A stretch of DNA of 64,000 nt from an uncultured candidate division Zixibacteria bacterium. GTDB taxonomy: Bacteria; Zixibacteria; MSB-5A5; UBA10806. A program made the translations under genes and the position numbers. Positions 10,142-19,760 of the stretch are shown piece after piece. The stretch lies in contig CAWDFP010000006.1 in assembly GCA_963801605.1 (NCBI GenBank), forward strand, positions 1,792,001 through 1,856,000, read 5' to 3'. Numbering within the stretch: position 1 is the first letter of the stretch; every line of letters begins with the position of its first letter. A model generated the notes under the pieces. It made no database searches and was not told the origin of the DNA. It saw only the letters and a program-made list of their open reading frames with translations.

Positions 10142-12613
10142 ATGAACGAAATGTTCACCGAAAAAGCACGGAAGGCAATTGAATACGCTCGAGACGAGGC
10201 AGCCCGGCTCAAGCACGATTATATCGGAACCGAGCATCTGCTTTTGGGCCTGATTCGGCTCGGCGAGGGTTATGCCATCGATGTTTTAAGGAATATTGGC
10301 ATCGACGTAAACGAGCTTAAAGGTTCCATCGAGGAGATAGTCCAGCCATCCGGCGGCACGATGCAGATGGGGCAGTTGCCGTTAACCGCCAGAGCCAAGA
10401 AGACTCTGGAGGTTTCGGGCAATGAGGCCCGGGCCTTGAAATCGAAAGATATCGATACTGAGCATATTCTTTTGGCCCTGTTGAAGGACGAGGAAGGCGT
10501 GGCCTCCCAGGTGCTTTCGATGTACGATGTGGATTATAAAGAAGCCTACGAGGAGCTTCGCAATATACAATCGGGCAAACCATCCGCATTTGGCCACAAG
10601 CGCAAAAAAACCAAAACGCCGGCGCTCGATCATTTCGGCCGCGATCTAACCGAATTGGCTCGTCGCGGGCAGCTTGACCCGATAATCGGACGCGAAAACG
10701 AGATCGAACGCGTTACACAAATTCTATCGCGCCGCAAAAAGAATAATCCGGTACTGATCGGCGAGCCTGGCGTCGGCAAAACAGCTATCGCCGAGGGCTT
10801 GGCTGAGCGCATTGTTGAAAACAAGGTGCCTCAAGTTCTGGAGGATAAGCGGATAGTAACGCTCGATATGGCCTCTTTAGTTGCGGGCACCAAGTACCGC
10901 GGCCAGTTTGAGGAGCGTCTCAAAGCGGTCATGAATGAGATTTTGAGCTCCAAGGATGTCATCATCTTTATAGATGAATTGCATACTATCGTGGGAGCAG
11001 GCGGTGCGGAGGGATCGCTTGATGCCTCCAATATCTTCAAGCCGGCCTTGTCACGCGGCGAATTGCAATGCATTGGCGCCACTACCTTAAACGAGTACCG
11101 CAAGTATATCGAAAAGGATGGCGCTTTAGATCGCAGATTCCAAACCGTCATGATTGATCCTCCCACAACCGAGGATACGATCAAAATCCTCAAAGGACTT
11201 CGTCCTAAATACGAGGAACATCACAAGGTCATCATTTCGGATGAAGCGGTTGAAACTGCGGTTCATCTTTCGGATCGCTATATTTCCGGTAAATTCCAGC
11301 CGGATAAGGCTATTGATATTATCGATGAAGCCGGTTCGAGAGCTCATCTGACAGCCTACACCAAGCCTGAGATGTTCGCCAAGCTTGAGGAAGATATTCT
11401 CGAAAGCTCGAAGCAAAAGGAACAGGCAGTCAAGAATCAGGAATTCGAAAAAGCCGCTCAGCTGCGCGATACTATCAAGTTCAAAAAAGAAGAGCTTGAG
11501 CAAATGAAGCGCGATTGGGAGGAGAAACGCAATAAAGAGCGTATTGAGCTTAAGGAAGAGGATATCGCTATTGTTATCTCCAAGATGACCGGCATTCCGC
11601 TTTTCAAGCTTGAGGAGAAGGAATCCCAGAAGCTGCTTCGCATGGAAGACGAACTTGCTAAGCGTGTAGTTGGCCAGGAAGAGGCGATTACGGCAATCTC
11701 CAAAGCCATTCGCCGCACGAGGGCCGGACTCAAAGACCCCCGCAGGCCGATTGGCTCATTCATATTCTTAGGTCCTACGGGCGTAGGCAAAACCGAGTTG
11801 GCCAAAGCGCTATCCGAGTTCCTCTTTGAGGATCAGGACGCGTTGGTCAGGATCGATATGTCGGAGTACATGGAGAAATTCGCGGTATCTCGTTTGATTG
11901 GCGCTCCTCCCGGATATGTGGGTTATGAGGAAGGCGGCCAGTTAACCGAGAAGGTCAGACGTAAACCTTATGCCGTGGTGTTGCTCGATGAGATCGAAAA
12001 AGCTCATCCTGAGGTTTTCAATATATTATTGCAGATGCTTGATGACGGCCAGTTGACAGATTCATTCGGCCGCAAGGTTGATTTCCGAAACACGGTGGTT
12101 ATTATGACATCGAACATGGGCACGCGCGAAGCTCGGATCGGCAAGTCGCTTGGATTTGCCAAAGATAATATCCAATCCGATTACGATAAGATGAAAGGGA
12201 AAATCCTCGATGAGATGAAGAGGACTTTCAATCCCGAGCTAATCAACCGAATTGATGAAACGGTGATTTTCCACTCTCTGGAGAGACATCATATTCTGGC
12301 CATAGTAGATATTCTATTGCGCGATATCGTCAAGCGGATGTCGAGCAAGGCGATCACGCTGGAGCTTCGCCCCGAGGCCAAGGAGTTCTTAGCCGATAAG
12401 GGTTGGGACCCGAATTTTGGCGCCAGACCGCTTCGTCGTTCTATCCAGCGTTATCTTGAAGACCCATTAGCCGAGGAAATCCTGCGCGGCGAGCACATGA
12501 ATAATATCAATGTAATCGTCTCCAAGGATGAAACCGATGGCAAACTCAGTTTCAAAGTTGTGCCCGTTCCCAAGAAGGTTGACGAGGAAGAAGAAGAGCC
12601 AGCCTCCAAATAG
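10142..12613 (+). CDS. clpC: ATP-dependent Clp protease ATP-binding subunit ClpC
   Basis: Clp-N repeats, two AAA+ modules ([16 protein letters not shown]), UVR M-domain, LGF ClpP-binding loop. Confidence 0.96.
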   Translation: MNEMFTEKARKAIEYARDEAARLKHDYIGTEHLLLGLIRLGEGYAIDVLRNIGIDVNELKGSIEEIVQPSGGTMQMGQLPLTARAKKTLEVSGNEARALKSKDIDTEHILLALLKDEEGVASQVLSMYDVDYKEAYEELRNIQSGKPSAFGHKRKKTKTPALDHFGRDLTELARRGQLDPIIGRENEIERVTQILSRRKKNNPVLIGEPGVGKTAIAEGLAERIVENKVPQVLEDKRIVTLDMASLVAGTKYRGQFEERLKAVMNEILSSKDVIIFIDELHTIVGAGGAEGSLDASNIFKPALSRGELQCIGATTLNEYRKYIEKDGALDRRFQTVMIDPPTTEDTIKILKGLRPKYEEHHKVIISDEAVETAVHLSDRYISGKFQPDKAIDIIDEAGSRAHLTAYTKPEMFAKLEEDILESSKQKEQAVKNQEFEKAAQLRDTIKFKKEELEQMKRDWEEKRNKERIELKEEDIAIVISKMTGIPLFKLEEKESQKLLRMEDELAKRVVGQEEAITAISKAIRRTRAGLKDPRRPIGSFIFLGPTGVGKTELAKALSEFLFEDQDALVRIDMSEYMEKFAVSRLIGAPPGYVGYEEGGQLTEKVRRKPYAVVLLDEIEKAHPEVFNILLQMLDDGQLTDSFGRKVDFRNTVVIMTSNMGTREARIGKSLGFAKDNIQSDYDKMKGKILDEMKRTFNPELINRIDETVIFHSLERHHILAIVDILLRDIVKRMSSKAITLELRPEAKEFLADKGWDPNFGARPLRRSIQRYLEDPLAEEILRGEHMNNINVIVSKDETDGKLSFKVVPVPKKVDEEEEEPASK

Positions 12614-12633
12614 TATTTCGATAATTGATAACT

Positions 12634-12673
12634 AAGCCCCCGGTGAACTTTGATGAGGACGCCGGGGGTTTTT
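12634..12673 (+). terminator. Intrinsic terminator after clpC
   Basis: AAGCCCCCGG...CCGGGGGTT stem followed by a T tract. Confidence 0.75.
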
Positions 12674-12916
12674 AATTGGTACTGAATTATAAGTAATGAG
12701 TGCTCGAGAATTTAGCGACGAGTATTCCGCCATTTTGGTATAAATGATATTTTATTATCATAAATTATCTCTGGACTTTAGCGCCGTTTTTATGTAAATG
12801 TATACATTCTATGAACGGAGACAAGGAAACATCTTTTTAATTTGGCAGTATAAAGCAAATTGAGTTTAAGACACAACGATGCTAAGCGAGATACAACAAT
12901 TTGAAGGAGGAGTAAG

Positions 12917-13657
12917 GTGACGAAGAGACTCATGGCAGCGATTATGGCGACATTGTTTGTGGCCAGTATGGCATTTGCCCAGGCTAAAGTTGAACCGCCT
13001 AAAACAGAGGCACCGAAAACTGAACCAAAGAAAGCGGAGCAGAAAGTGACTAATCCAATTGTGGAGATGCAAACCAATTACGGAAATATCTATCTCGAAG
13101 TATTCCAGAAGGAAACCCCGATTCACGCCGGTAACTTCCTGGCTAAAGTTGACGCCGGAAAATATGACAAGCTGACATTTCATCGCGTAATTCCGAATTT
13201 CGTAATCCAGGGTGGCGACCCCAGAGGAAACGGAACCGGCAGCATGGACGGTCCGGCTCTTGCTGATGAGAAATCACCATATCCCGAAGTTCGCGGAACA
13301 GTTGCTATGGCCCGTTCCGATTCAGCGTCAAATTGCCAGTTCTATATCAATCTGAAAGACAACTTATTCCTCGACCAGCAAAAGTTCTCGTCATTTGCCA
13401 AAGTCGTAAAGGGTATGGACGTGGTTGACAAGATCGCCATGGTGAAAACCGGTCCCAATGATAAACCTGTTGAGGCGGTTGTGATGACCAAGCTCCAGCG
13501 CGTTGATCAGATTCCAACGGCCACCAAAGCCCCGGTCGAGAAAAAGGCCATCGACAATGCGCCGGTTGAGAAGAAGACCACCGACGTTGAGAAGAAAGTA
13601 ACCGAACCCGAAAAGAAAGCACCCGAGACCGAGCAGAAATCTCCCGAAACTAAGTAA
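12917..13657 (+). CDS. Periplasmic cyclophilin-type peptidyl-prolyl isomerase with K/E/P/T-rich tails
   Basis: RBS AGGAGG, signal peptide (AFA-Q), FHRVIPNFVIQGGDP, GTVAMAR, QFYIN. Confidence 0.92.
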   Translation: MTKRLMAAIMATLFVASMAFAQAKVEPPKTEAPKTEPKKAEQKVTNPIVEMQTNYGNIYLEVFQKETPIHAGNFLAKVDAGKYDKLTFHRVIPNFVIQGGDPRGNGTGSMDGPALADEKSPYPEVRGTVAMARSDSASNCQFYINLKDNLFLDQQKFSSFAKVVKGMDVVDKIAMVKTGPNDKPVEAVVMTKLQRVDQIPTATKAPVEKKAIDNAPVEKKTTDVEKKVTEPEKKAPETEQKSPETK

Positions 13658-13658
13658 T

Positions 13659-14819
13659 TTGAAAAATCTCGTAATACTTGGCTCCTCCGGTTCGATCGGC
13701 CAAAACGCCCTTTGGGTGGCAAACCGATTTCCGGAGGAGCTTAAAATATTTGGGCTATCGGTCCATTCCAATACCGCTCTTCTTGGCGAGCAAATTAAGC
13801 TCTATCGCCCCAAAGTTGTATGCGTATCCGATGCCAGGGCCGCGTCAGCGTTTGAATTCGAGGCCAAAAAGCTCGGAGTTGAGCTTCTGGTCGGTGAATC
13901 CGCATTAGAGAGCCTTGCGGGACATCACGATGCCGATATAATCCTGAATGCCGTGGTGGGCTTTGCGGGATTGAAATCAACCCTTGCGGCCGCTCGGGCC
14001 GGCAAACGCATCGCCCTGGCAAATAAGGAATCGATGGTGGCCGGGGGAGAGTTGGTTAATGAAACGGCTCGCGAAGGAAAGGCTGAGATCGTTCCGGTTG
14101 ACTCCGAACATTCTGCCATATTTCAATGTCTTAAATCCGGGCGAACTGAGGATATCAAACGTCTGATTCTAACATCCTCAGGTGGGCCGTTCAGGCAATA
14201 TCCACTCGAGAGTTTCCGATCGATATCGGTGGAACAAGCGCTAAAACATCCCACCTGGAATATGGGAAGAAAAATTACAATCGATTCGGCAACCCTGATG
14301 AATAAAGGCCTGGAGATCATCGAGGCGGCTTACCTATTCGGCCTTCCGGGTAATAAAATCGATGTTGTTATTCATCCCCAATCGATAGTTCATTCGATGG
14401 TGGAATATATCGACGGCTCAGTTATTGCTCAGCTTTCCCGTCCCGATATGCGGCTTCCGATTGAATATGCGCTTTTTTATCCGGAACGTCGGCCCTTCGA
14501 AAATGCGGCTCTTGATTTTGGCAAGCCGTTTTCATTGGAATTCGAATCACCTGATCAAACCCGGTTTCCCAGCCTGCGGATGGCAAGGTTTGCTCTGGCG
14601 GCAGGTGGAACGGCTCCGGCGGTCTTCAATGCCGCCAATGAGATTGCAGTGGAAGCCTTTTTAGATCATAAGATTGCATTCCCGGATATTTTCCGGGCTG
14701 TCGATTTTGCCCTAAATAGCGCCGCCATTTCGAGTTCGAACAGTCTTAATTCGATTATGGATGCCGATAATACTGGTAGAGGTTTGGCCCGGAAATTTGT
14801 ACTGACCAAGAGTATTTAA
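13659..14819 (+). CDS. dxr: 1-deoxy-D-xylulose-5-phosphate reductoisomerase
   Basis: LGSSGSIG, LANKES, PVDSEHSA, HPTWNMGRKITIDSATLMNKGLE. Confidence 0.97.
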   Translation: MKNLVILGSSGSIGQNALWVANRFPEELKIFGLSVHSNTALLGEQIKLYRPKVVCVSDARAASAFEFEAKKLGVELLVGESALESLAGHHDADIILNAVVGFAGLKSTLAAARAGKRIALANKESMVAGGELVNETAREGKAEIVPVDSEHSAIFQCLKSGRTEDIKRLILTSSGGPFRQYPLESFRSISVEQALKHPTWNMGRKITIDSATLMNKGLEIIEAAYLFGLPGNKIDVVIHPQSIVHSMVEYIDGSVIAQLSRPDMRLPIEYALFYPERRPFENAALDFGKPFSLEFESPDQTRFPSLRMARFALAAGGTAPAVFNAANEIAVEAFLDHKIAFPDIFRAVDFALNSAAISSSNSLNSIMDADNTGRGLARKFVLTKSI

Positions 14820-14880
14820 TCTAGGTGAGACACGGAACTTTAGACTGAATTTGACGTTGTTTAAATAGAGATGAGAGATT

Positions 14881-15969
14881 GTGATGTTTAGCTGGATTCT
14901 TCCATTTATTATTATACTTGGACTTCTGATTTTTGTCCATGAGTTCGGGCATTTTATCGCGGCCAAACGTTCTGGGATAAAGGTCGAGAGATTTTCTCTG
15001 GGATTTCCTCCGAATATTTTATCCAGGAAAATAGGCGAGACGGAATATTGCATTGGTCTGATACCTCTGGGCGGTTATGTCAAAATGAAAGGCGATATAC
15101 CGGATTTCGCCGATGATAAAACCGAACCAAGCGGTGAGCCGGGCGAATTCATGTCGGCCCCCGTATGGAAACGGGCATTGGTAATTGTATCCGGGCCTCT
15201 CATGAATTTTGTAGCGGCAATTGTGCTCTTTATGTTCATGGTTTGGGCCTGGGGTAATCCGGAAGTGAGGCCTAATTCCACCGAGATCGGTTCCGTTGTA
15301 CCCGATACACCTGCCGAAAAAGCCGGACTTAAGGAAGGGGACAAAATCCTTACTATCGACGGGCAGCAGTTCAAGGATTTCGAGGCGATCGCCCGCTATA
15401 TCAAGAGCCAGCCGGATAAGGAATTGGCAATTGTAGTTCAGCGCGATAATAAAGACCTGAATCTTATCGCGAAATCCATGAAGCTCGACGTTAAAGATTC
15501 ATCGGGGGTCAGCCGCTCCGAAGGCAGATTGGGGATAGATCCGGTTTTTGATTTTCACTCCACAACTTTATGGGAGGGGATTAAGGGAGGCTTTCAGAGC
15601 TCGTTCTATGTTGTGGCAGTGACCTTGGATTTTCTATGGAAACTTATCACGCACCAGGAATCTATCAACAAGCTGGGCGGCCCGATCATGATAGCAGATC
15701 AGGCGGGCAAAGCTCTCAAGCGAGGAATGCCATATCTGGTAAACCTGGCGGCGTTTTTATCGATCAACCTCGGAGTTCTCAATGTGCTTCCGATTCCGGT
15801 CCTCGATGGCGGGCATTTGATGTTTCTCTCAATCGAAGCAATCAGACGCAAACCAATTCCATTTAAAAAGCGTCTTTTATGGCAGCAGATCGGCATGGGC
15901 CTGCTGCTTCTTCTCATGGTATTTGTAACTTACAATGATATTGCCAGACTGATTACCGGCGGGCAATAA
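14881..15969 (+). CDS. rseP: RIP metalloprotease RseP (M50, PDZ)
   Basis: HEFGH, IPLGGYVKM, PDZ domain, NVLPIPVLDGGH; follows dxr. Confidence 0.95.
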   Translation: MMFSWILPFIIILGLLIFVHEFGHFIAAKRSGIKVERFSLGFPPNILSRKIGETEYCIGLIPLGGYVKMKGDIPDFADDKTEPSGEPGEFMSAPVWKRALVIVSGPLMNFVAAIVLFMFMVWAWGNPEVRPNSTEIGSVVPDTPAEKAGLKEGDKILTIDGQQFKDFEAIARYIKSQPDKELAIVVQRDNKDLNLIAKSMKLDVKDSSGVSRSEGRLGIDPVFDFHSTTLWEGIKGGFQSSFYVVAVTLDFLWKLITHQESINKLGGPIMIADQAGKALKRGMPYLVNLAAFLSINLGVLNVLPIPVLDGGHLMFLSIEAIRRKPIPFKKRLLWQQIGMGLLLLLMVFVTYNDIARLITGGQ

Positions 15970-15995
15970 TTATTAAAATTCGAAATTAAAATTTG

Positions 15996-16024
15996 AAGCG
16001 GCCTCAAGCGAGGTCGCTTTTTTT
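15996..16024 (+). terminator. Intrinsic terminator after rseP, overlapping the stop codon of the convergent WYL gene
   Basis: AAGCGGCCTC-AAGC-GAGGTCGCTT followed by a T tract. Confidence 0.75.
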
Positions 16025-16942
16025 ATATCTAACTAAAGTTGATTTTAGAGTATTTATCATCTCAATCCGGGCGCATTCAGGTTCTATGATTTCGGCATCG
16101 GCTCCAAATCCAAGCACCCAGCGCAGGAACTCATCCTGTCCTGCAACGCTGATTTCGTAAATTACACTGCTATCCCCGTTTTCGGTTATTATTTCCTGCG
16201 GATGGTGCTGCGAGGTTCTTATCGCGATTGCCGCCTGCCCACTAAATTTTACCCTGAATTTAGCCTGTTTTCCGCTATAGACACCAAGGCTGCCCGCAAA
16301 ATAAGCTTCAATAGAAAATTCTTTGGGAATTTCGAATTTCTCCCGCAGAATTTCCAAATTCTGAACCCGGCCCAAACGGAAAGTACGGATTTCATTCCGC
16401 AGATAACAGAAACCGATCAGATACCAGGCGTGATGGCGAAAGCAAATCGCGTAAGGGGCGATCATGCGTTTGGTCTGTTTGCCATTGAGCGATAAATAGC
16501 TGATTTTTACTTTGAAGCGATTCCTGATGGCATCCTCGAGACGCGAGGCATGTTTGTGATTGCCCGGCCGTTCGGTAGATACCGCGCCGATATTGATTAT
16601 GTTCGCCCCATCCGCCGGAATTTCTCCGCCGGTAATCTTGTCGCTTATACGTCGAATAGTTTCGTGATAAAGCTTCCCGCTCGAAAAAATAGGCGAACGC
16701 AAAATACTCAACAAGAATCCGGCTTCCTGCAAACTGAGATTCCCCGGGGGGAGGAAACCGTTATGGAGAAGCTTATATCCGCCGTCATAGTATATAGGGA
16801 TGTTGGCTTCTGAAATCGAAATAATATCGCGGTAAATGGTGCGTTCGGTAACCTCGCAACGTTTAGCCAGATCGCAGGTGCGGAGCCGGTGATTAGTACG
16901 CAGTAGCGAGAGAATGTAAAGCAGGCGTTCGGTCTTTTTCAT
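16004..16942 (-). CDS. HTH-WYL-WCX transcriptional regulator (YafY/PafB/DriD-like)
   Basis: N-terminal wHTH (LAKRCEVTERTIYRDI), WYLIGFC..RNEIRTFRLGRV, WVLGFG..EIIEP. Confidence 0.93.
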   Translation of the reverse strand: MKKTERLLYILSLLRTNHRLRTCDLAKRCEVTERTIYRDIISISEANIPIYYDGGYKLLHNGFLPPGNLSLQEAGFLLSILRSPIFSSGKLYHETIRRISDKITGGEIPADGANIINIGAVSTERPGNHKHASRLEDAIRNRFKVKISYLSLNGKQTKRMIAPYAICFRHHAWYLIGFCYLRNEIRTFRLGRVQNLEILREKFEIPKEFSIEAYFAGSLGVYSGKQAKFRVKFSGQAAIAIRTSQHHPQEIITENGDSSVIYEISVAGQDEFLRWVLGFGADAEIIEPECARIEMINTLKSTLVRYKKSDLA

Positions 16943-16973
16943 TAGCGGAAAGCCTCCGCATCTTAGGGAAAAT

Positions 16974-17645
16974 TTAAGTCTTTAAGGCAAAGGGATTAAA
17001 ATTGGTTTCATAATCATAGGTGTCGATTCCCTCGACGCGTTTGAGGAATCTGACTACGATATAAGTCAACGGAGTAAATGCAGCCTCGAATCCGACCTTA
17101 AATATATAATTGGAGACGATTACCGCGAAAAGGAGATCTCCCGGCAACACTCCGTAAAATGCAATCATCACAAAAAGGAGAGTATCGACTCCCTCGCCGA
17201 TAATGGTCGATCCGATGGTTCGTGTCCAGAGCCAACGGCCTTTTGTTAAAATCTTCATCCTGGCAAGCGTATAAGAGTTTGAAAATTCCCCGGAAAAATA
17301 AGCGAGAAGCGAGGCCACTACGATTCGCGGTGTGAGGCCTAGAATCTTATCATAGGCGTCCTGATTGACCCATCCGGAGGCCGGCGGCAGTTTACCCACG
17401 ATTATAAATGTTACGGACATTAGAAAAGCGGCAAAAAAGCCTGTCCAGATGACTCGTCGGGAATTGCGATAACCGTAAACTTCGGTTAGGATATCGCCAA
17501 AAATATAACTTATGGGAAAAAGTATCGTACCGCCATCGAATGTAAACGGCCCCAGCTTTAGAATTTTCGATGAGGCGACATTCGATATCAACAGCACCGC
17601 CACGAATAGGCCGAGTATAATATCATAATACCGGTAACGTCGCAT
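16974..17645 (-). CDS. yhhQ: Queuosine precursor transporter (YhhQ/Vut_1 family)
   Basis: SNVASSK, FPISYIFGDILTEVYG, RIVVASLLAY, RTIGSTIIGEGVDT. Confidence 0.9.
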   Translation of the reverse strand: MRRYRYYDIILGLFVAVLLISNVASSKILKLGPFTFDGGTILFPISYIFGDILTEVYGYRNSRRVIWTGFFAAFLMSVTFIIVGKLPPASGWVNQDAYDKILGLTPRIVVASLLAYFSGEFSNSYTLARMKILTKGRWLWTRTIGSTIIGEGVDTLLFVMIAFYGVLPGDLLFAVIVSNYIFKVGFEAAFTPLTYIVVRFLKRVEGIDTYDYETNFNPFALKT

Positions 17646-17650
17646 ATCCG

Positions 17651-18772
17651 CTAAAATAACCCCTGGGTTTTGTCGCGAATCATATCGCTTGCAACCATGA
17701 CGGCTCTATCGAGCGAAAGAAGCCTGGTGGATTCAAATCGTCCGCGGTAGCTTGCCTTGGCGCTGGCCGGAGATGAGTAAAATTCGATTTCGGAAAAAAT
17801 ATCGCTTTTATAAACCTGTGCTTCCGGATGGTTGGTCGTATCTATCTGTCCTTTGGAAAGCTTGATAAAGATAGCGTCGCCATTATCGCTGAGATGGCTG
17901 AAAATCGTAATTTTTGAATCTTTAAATAGGGCCGCTACCGAAAGAGCATGCAAAGCGCTGGCGGCATAAATCGGCTCGCTTAAAGGATTCCCCTTGTTAT
18001 CGTCAATAAGAACTTTATACCCCTGATAATATAATGCCCAGGGATATGCGTAGCGAATCTCGCGATCAGCGCCGAGGACGATACATCCCATATCATCGAG
18101 TTTGAGCAGCGCATTTTGCACCCTGGCTCGATCAATTTTTAGCGAATCGGCAATTTCATCAGCCTGGGGGATGTGGCCTAACCTGGGAGTTTCCAGCAGA
18201 AGATGCCTATATACTTTTGCTTCATTGCCTTTAAATATCGGGATGGCTGTAAGCTCGGCCTTGTATCCGTCAAAGGCCAATTGCTGGCCGAACCATTTAT
18301 CGGAAGTCATCGAAAATAAAAAGGTTAGCCCCAGTGTCAGCGCTATGGTCACCATGCCGACCAGGGCGTTGAGAATTTTCTTATCCGGTTTTAGGAATGC
18401 CGAGCCATAGATAAAAATAATGATAGGATAAATCCCAAAGTAGCTGAGAAGTGATTTTCGCGCGATAAAATATATCGTCAACCCGATAAGGGGCAGGCAT
18501 AATCCCGTCAATCGCATCGCCCTGATCAGCGGCTCTTTGGCTCCCAGAACAAACGCTCCGGCAGTCGACAGAATCGCAAGGACAAATAATAAAGCAAAAG
18601 TAATCAGAAAAATGTAAATGCCGCTTTTAAGATTGGTTGCGGCCTCGTAAGAAAAAAGTGCGCCGAATGCCAGATAGAGAAAAAAGAAAGATCCCCAGCC
18701 CTCGAATCCATTTTCAATATAATTACGAAAACCTGAGGGAATGAAAAAATACGCCTTAATCGCCTGATTCAT
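17651..18772 (-). CDS. Multi-TM (Yip1-like) protein fused to a MerB-fold domain lacking catalytic residues
   Basis: About five hydrophobic helices, then wHTH plus IRYAYPW..IYAASALHAL..SH...G..I..EIEFYSS..LSLDRA, colinear with MerB. Confidence 0.72.
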   Translation of the reverse strand: MNQAIKAYFFIPSGFRNYIENGFEGWGSFFFLYLAFGALFSYEAATNLKSGIYIFLITFALLFVLAILSTAGAFVLGAKEPLIRAMRLTGLCLPLIGLTIYFIARKSLLSYFGIYPIIIFIYGSAFLKPDKKILNALVGMVTIALTLGLTFLFSMTSDKWFGQQLAFDGYKAELTAIPIFKGNEAKVYRHLLLETPRLGHIPQADEIADSLKIDRARVQNALLKLDDMGCIVLGADREIRYAYPWALYYQGYKVLIDDNKGNPLSEPIYAASALHALSVAALFKDSKITIFSHLSDNGDAIFIKLSKGQIDTTNHPEAQVYKSDIFSEIEFYSSPASAKASYRGRFESTRLLSLDRAVMVASDMIRDKTQGLF

Positions 18773-18781
18773 TGAATTTCC

Positions 18782-19540
18782 TTAAGCCAGGGAATAACCG
18801 CCATCAACCACCAAAACCTGACCAGTGATCCATTTAGCCTTTTCGGAGCAGAGGAAACAGACCACGTCGGCAACCTCCTCCGGCTGTCCGACTCGGCGGA
18901 ATGGCGTGCGCCGAACGACTTCATCGAGCATTTCCTGGTAACTGGGAAATCCTTTCAACGCATCGGTATCAATAAAACCGCCCGAAACGGTATTAACATT
19001 GATGAGATGCGGAGCCAGTTCAAAGGCCAGATATCTCGTAAGTGTTTCGATCGCAGCTTTTGAGGCTCCAATTGCGGCGTAGCCCGTGATATAGCGGACT
19101 GAACCAAGCGATGAGAGCGCCACAATTTTAGCTCCGTCGGGCATCATATCTCGGGCGATTTGCACTGAACGTAGAAATGCCCAGGCGTTAGTGTCCATGG
19201 AAAGATGCCAGGCCTTTTCATCGAGGTCTCCGGCCGAGGTGAATACGCCCAGGGCGGCGTTGGAAATGAAGATATCGAGACGGCCGTACTTTTCCCTGAC
19301 CTCGTCGAAAACTTTATGCATTTTTTCAGTATTTCCGATATTACAACGGATGGCCAGATGATCGCCTCCGATTTCGGACAGCTCTTTCATCATCTGGTCG
19401 GCGGCATTGCGGCTTTTGAAGTAATTGACTGCAACATTCGCTCCACCGGCTGCCAGTTTCAGCGCAATCGATTTGCCGATTCCCTTGGTGCCGCCCGTGA
19501 CAAGCGCAACCTTGCCCTCAAATTCTTTACAATTGTCCAT
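18782..19540 (-). CDS. fabL: Enoyl-ACP reductase FabL-type SDR
   Basis: TGGTKGIG, SNAALG, SSLGSVRY, Y-x6-K (YAAIGASK), LTRYLAFELAP, SGGFIDTDALK characteristic of FabL. Confidence 0.85.
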   Translation of the reverse strand: MDNCKEFEGKVALVTGGTKGIGKSIALKLAAGGANVAVNYFKSRNAADQMMKELSEIGGDHLAIRCNIGNTEKMHKVFDEVREKYGRLDIFISNAALGVFTSAGDLDEKAWHLSMDTNAWAFLRSVQIARDMMPDGAKIVALSSLGSVRYITGYAAIGASKAAIETLTRYLAFELAPHLINVNTVSGGFIDTDALKGFPSYQEMLDEVVRRTPFRRVGQPEEVADVVCFLCSEKAKWITGQVLVVDGGYSLA

Positions 19541-19652
19541 CTTGCCTCCGAATAAAGTTCTGATACTTAATAATAACCACTAATAATAATAATATACATC
19601 GTTTATATGCAAGGTTTAATGCAATAATAGAGTCCGAATTCGAATCTTTCGA

Positions 19653-19680
19653 TTGCATTCCTCAGGAATGATGATATAAT
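19653..19680 (+). promoter_or_regulatory. Sigma70-like promoter with a palindromic operator in the spacer, upstream of the PD-(D/E)XK gene
   Basis: TTGCAT-16nt-TATAAT with TGn extension; CATTCCT-C-AGGAATG inverted repeat at 19656-19670. Confidence 0.55.
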
Positions 19681-19760
19681 AAGTCGGGGCTGTTAAAGTC
19701 AGCGGCTGCTGCCAGGTTCTTTAAACCAATACGCCACATTTTCTATTTTGGAGGTTTGTC

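Noticed and set aside
13500..13655. Repeated GTTGAGAAGAA/VEKK units at the cyclophilin 3' end
   Set aside because: Explained by a low-complexity protein tail, not an independent DNA repeat
17651..18265. Calling the gene merB (mercury resistance)
   Set aside because: Catalytic Cys/Asp are absent and there are no merA, merR or merT genes in the window
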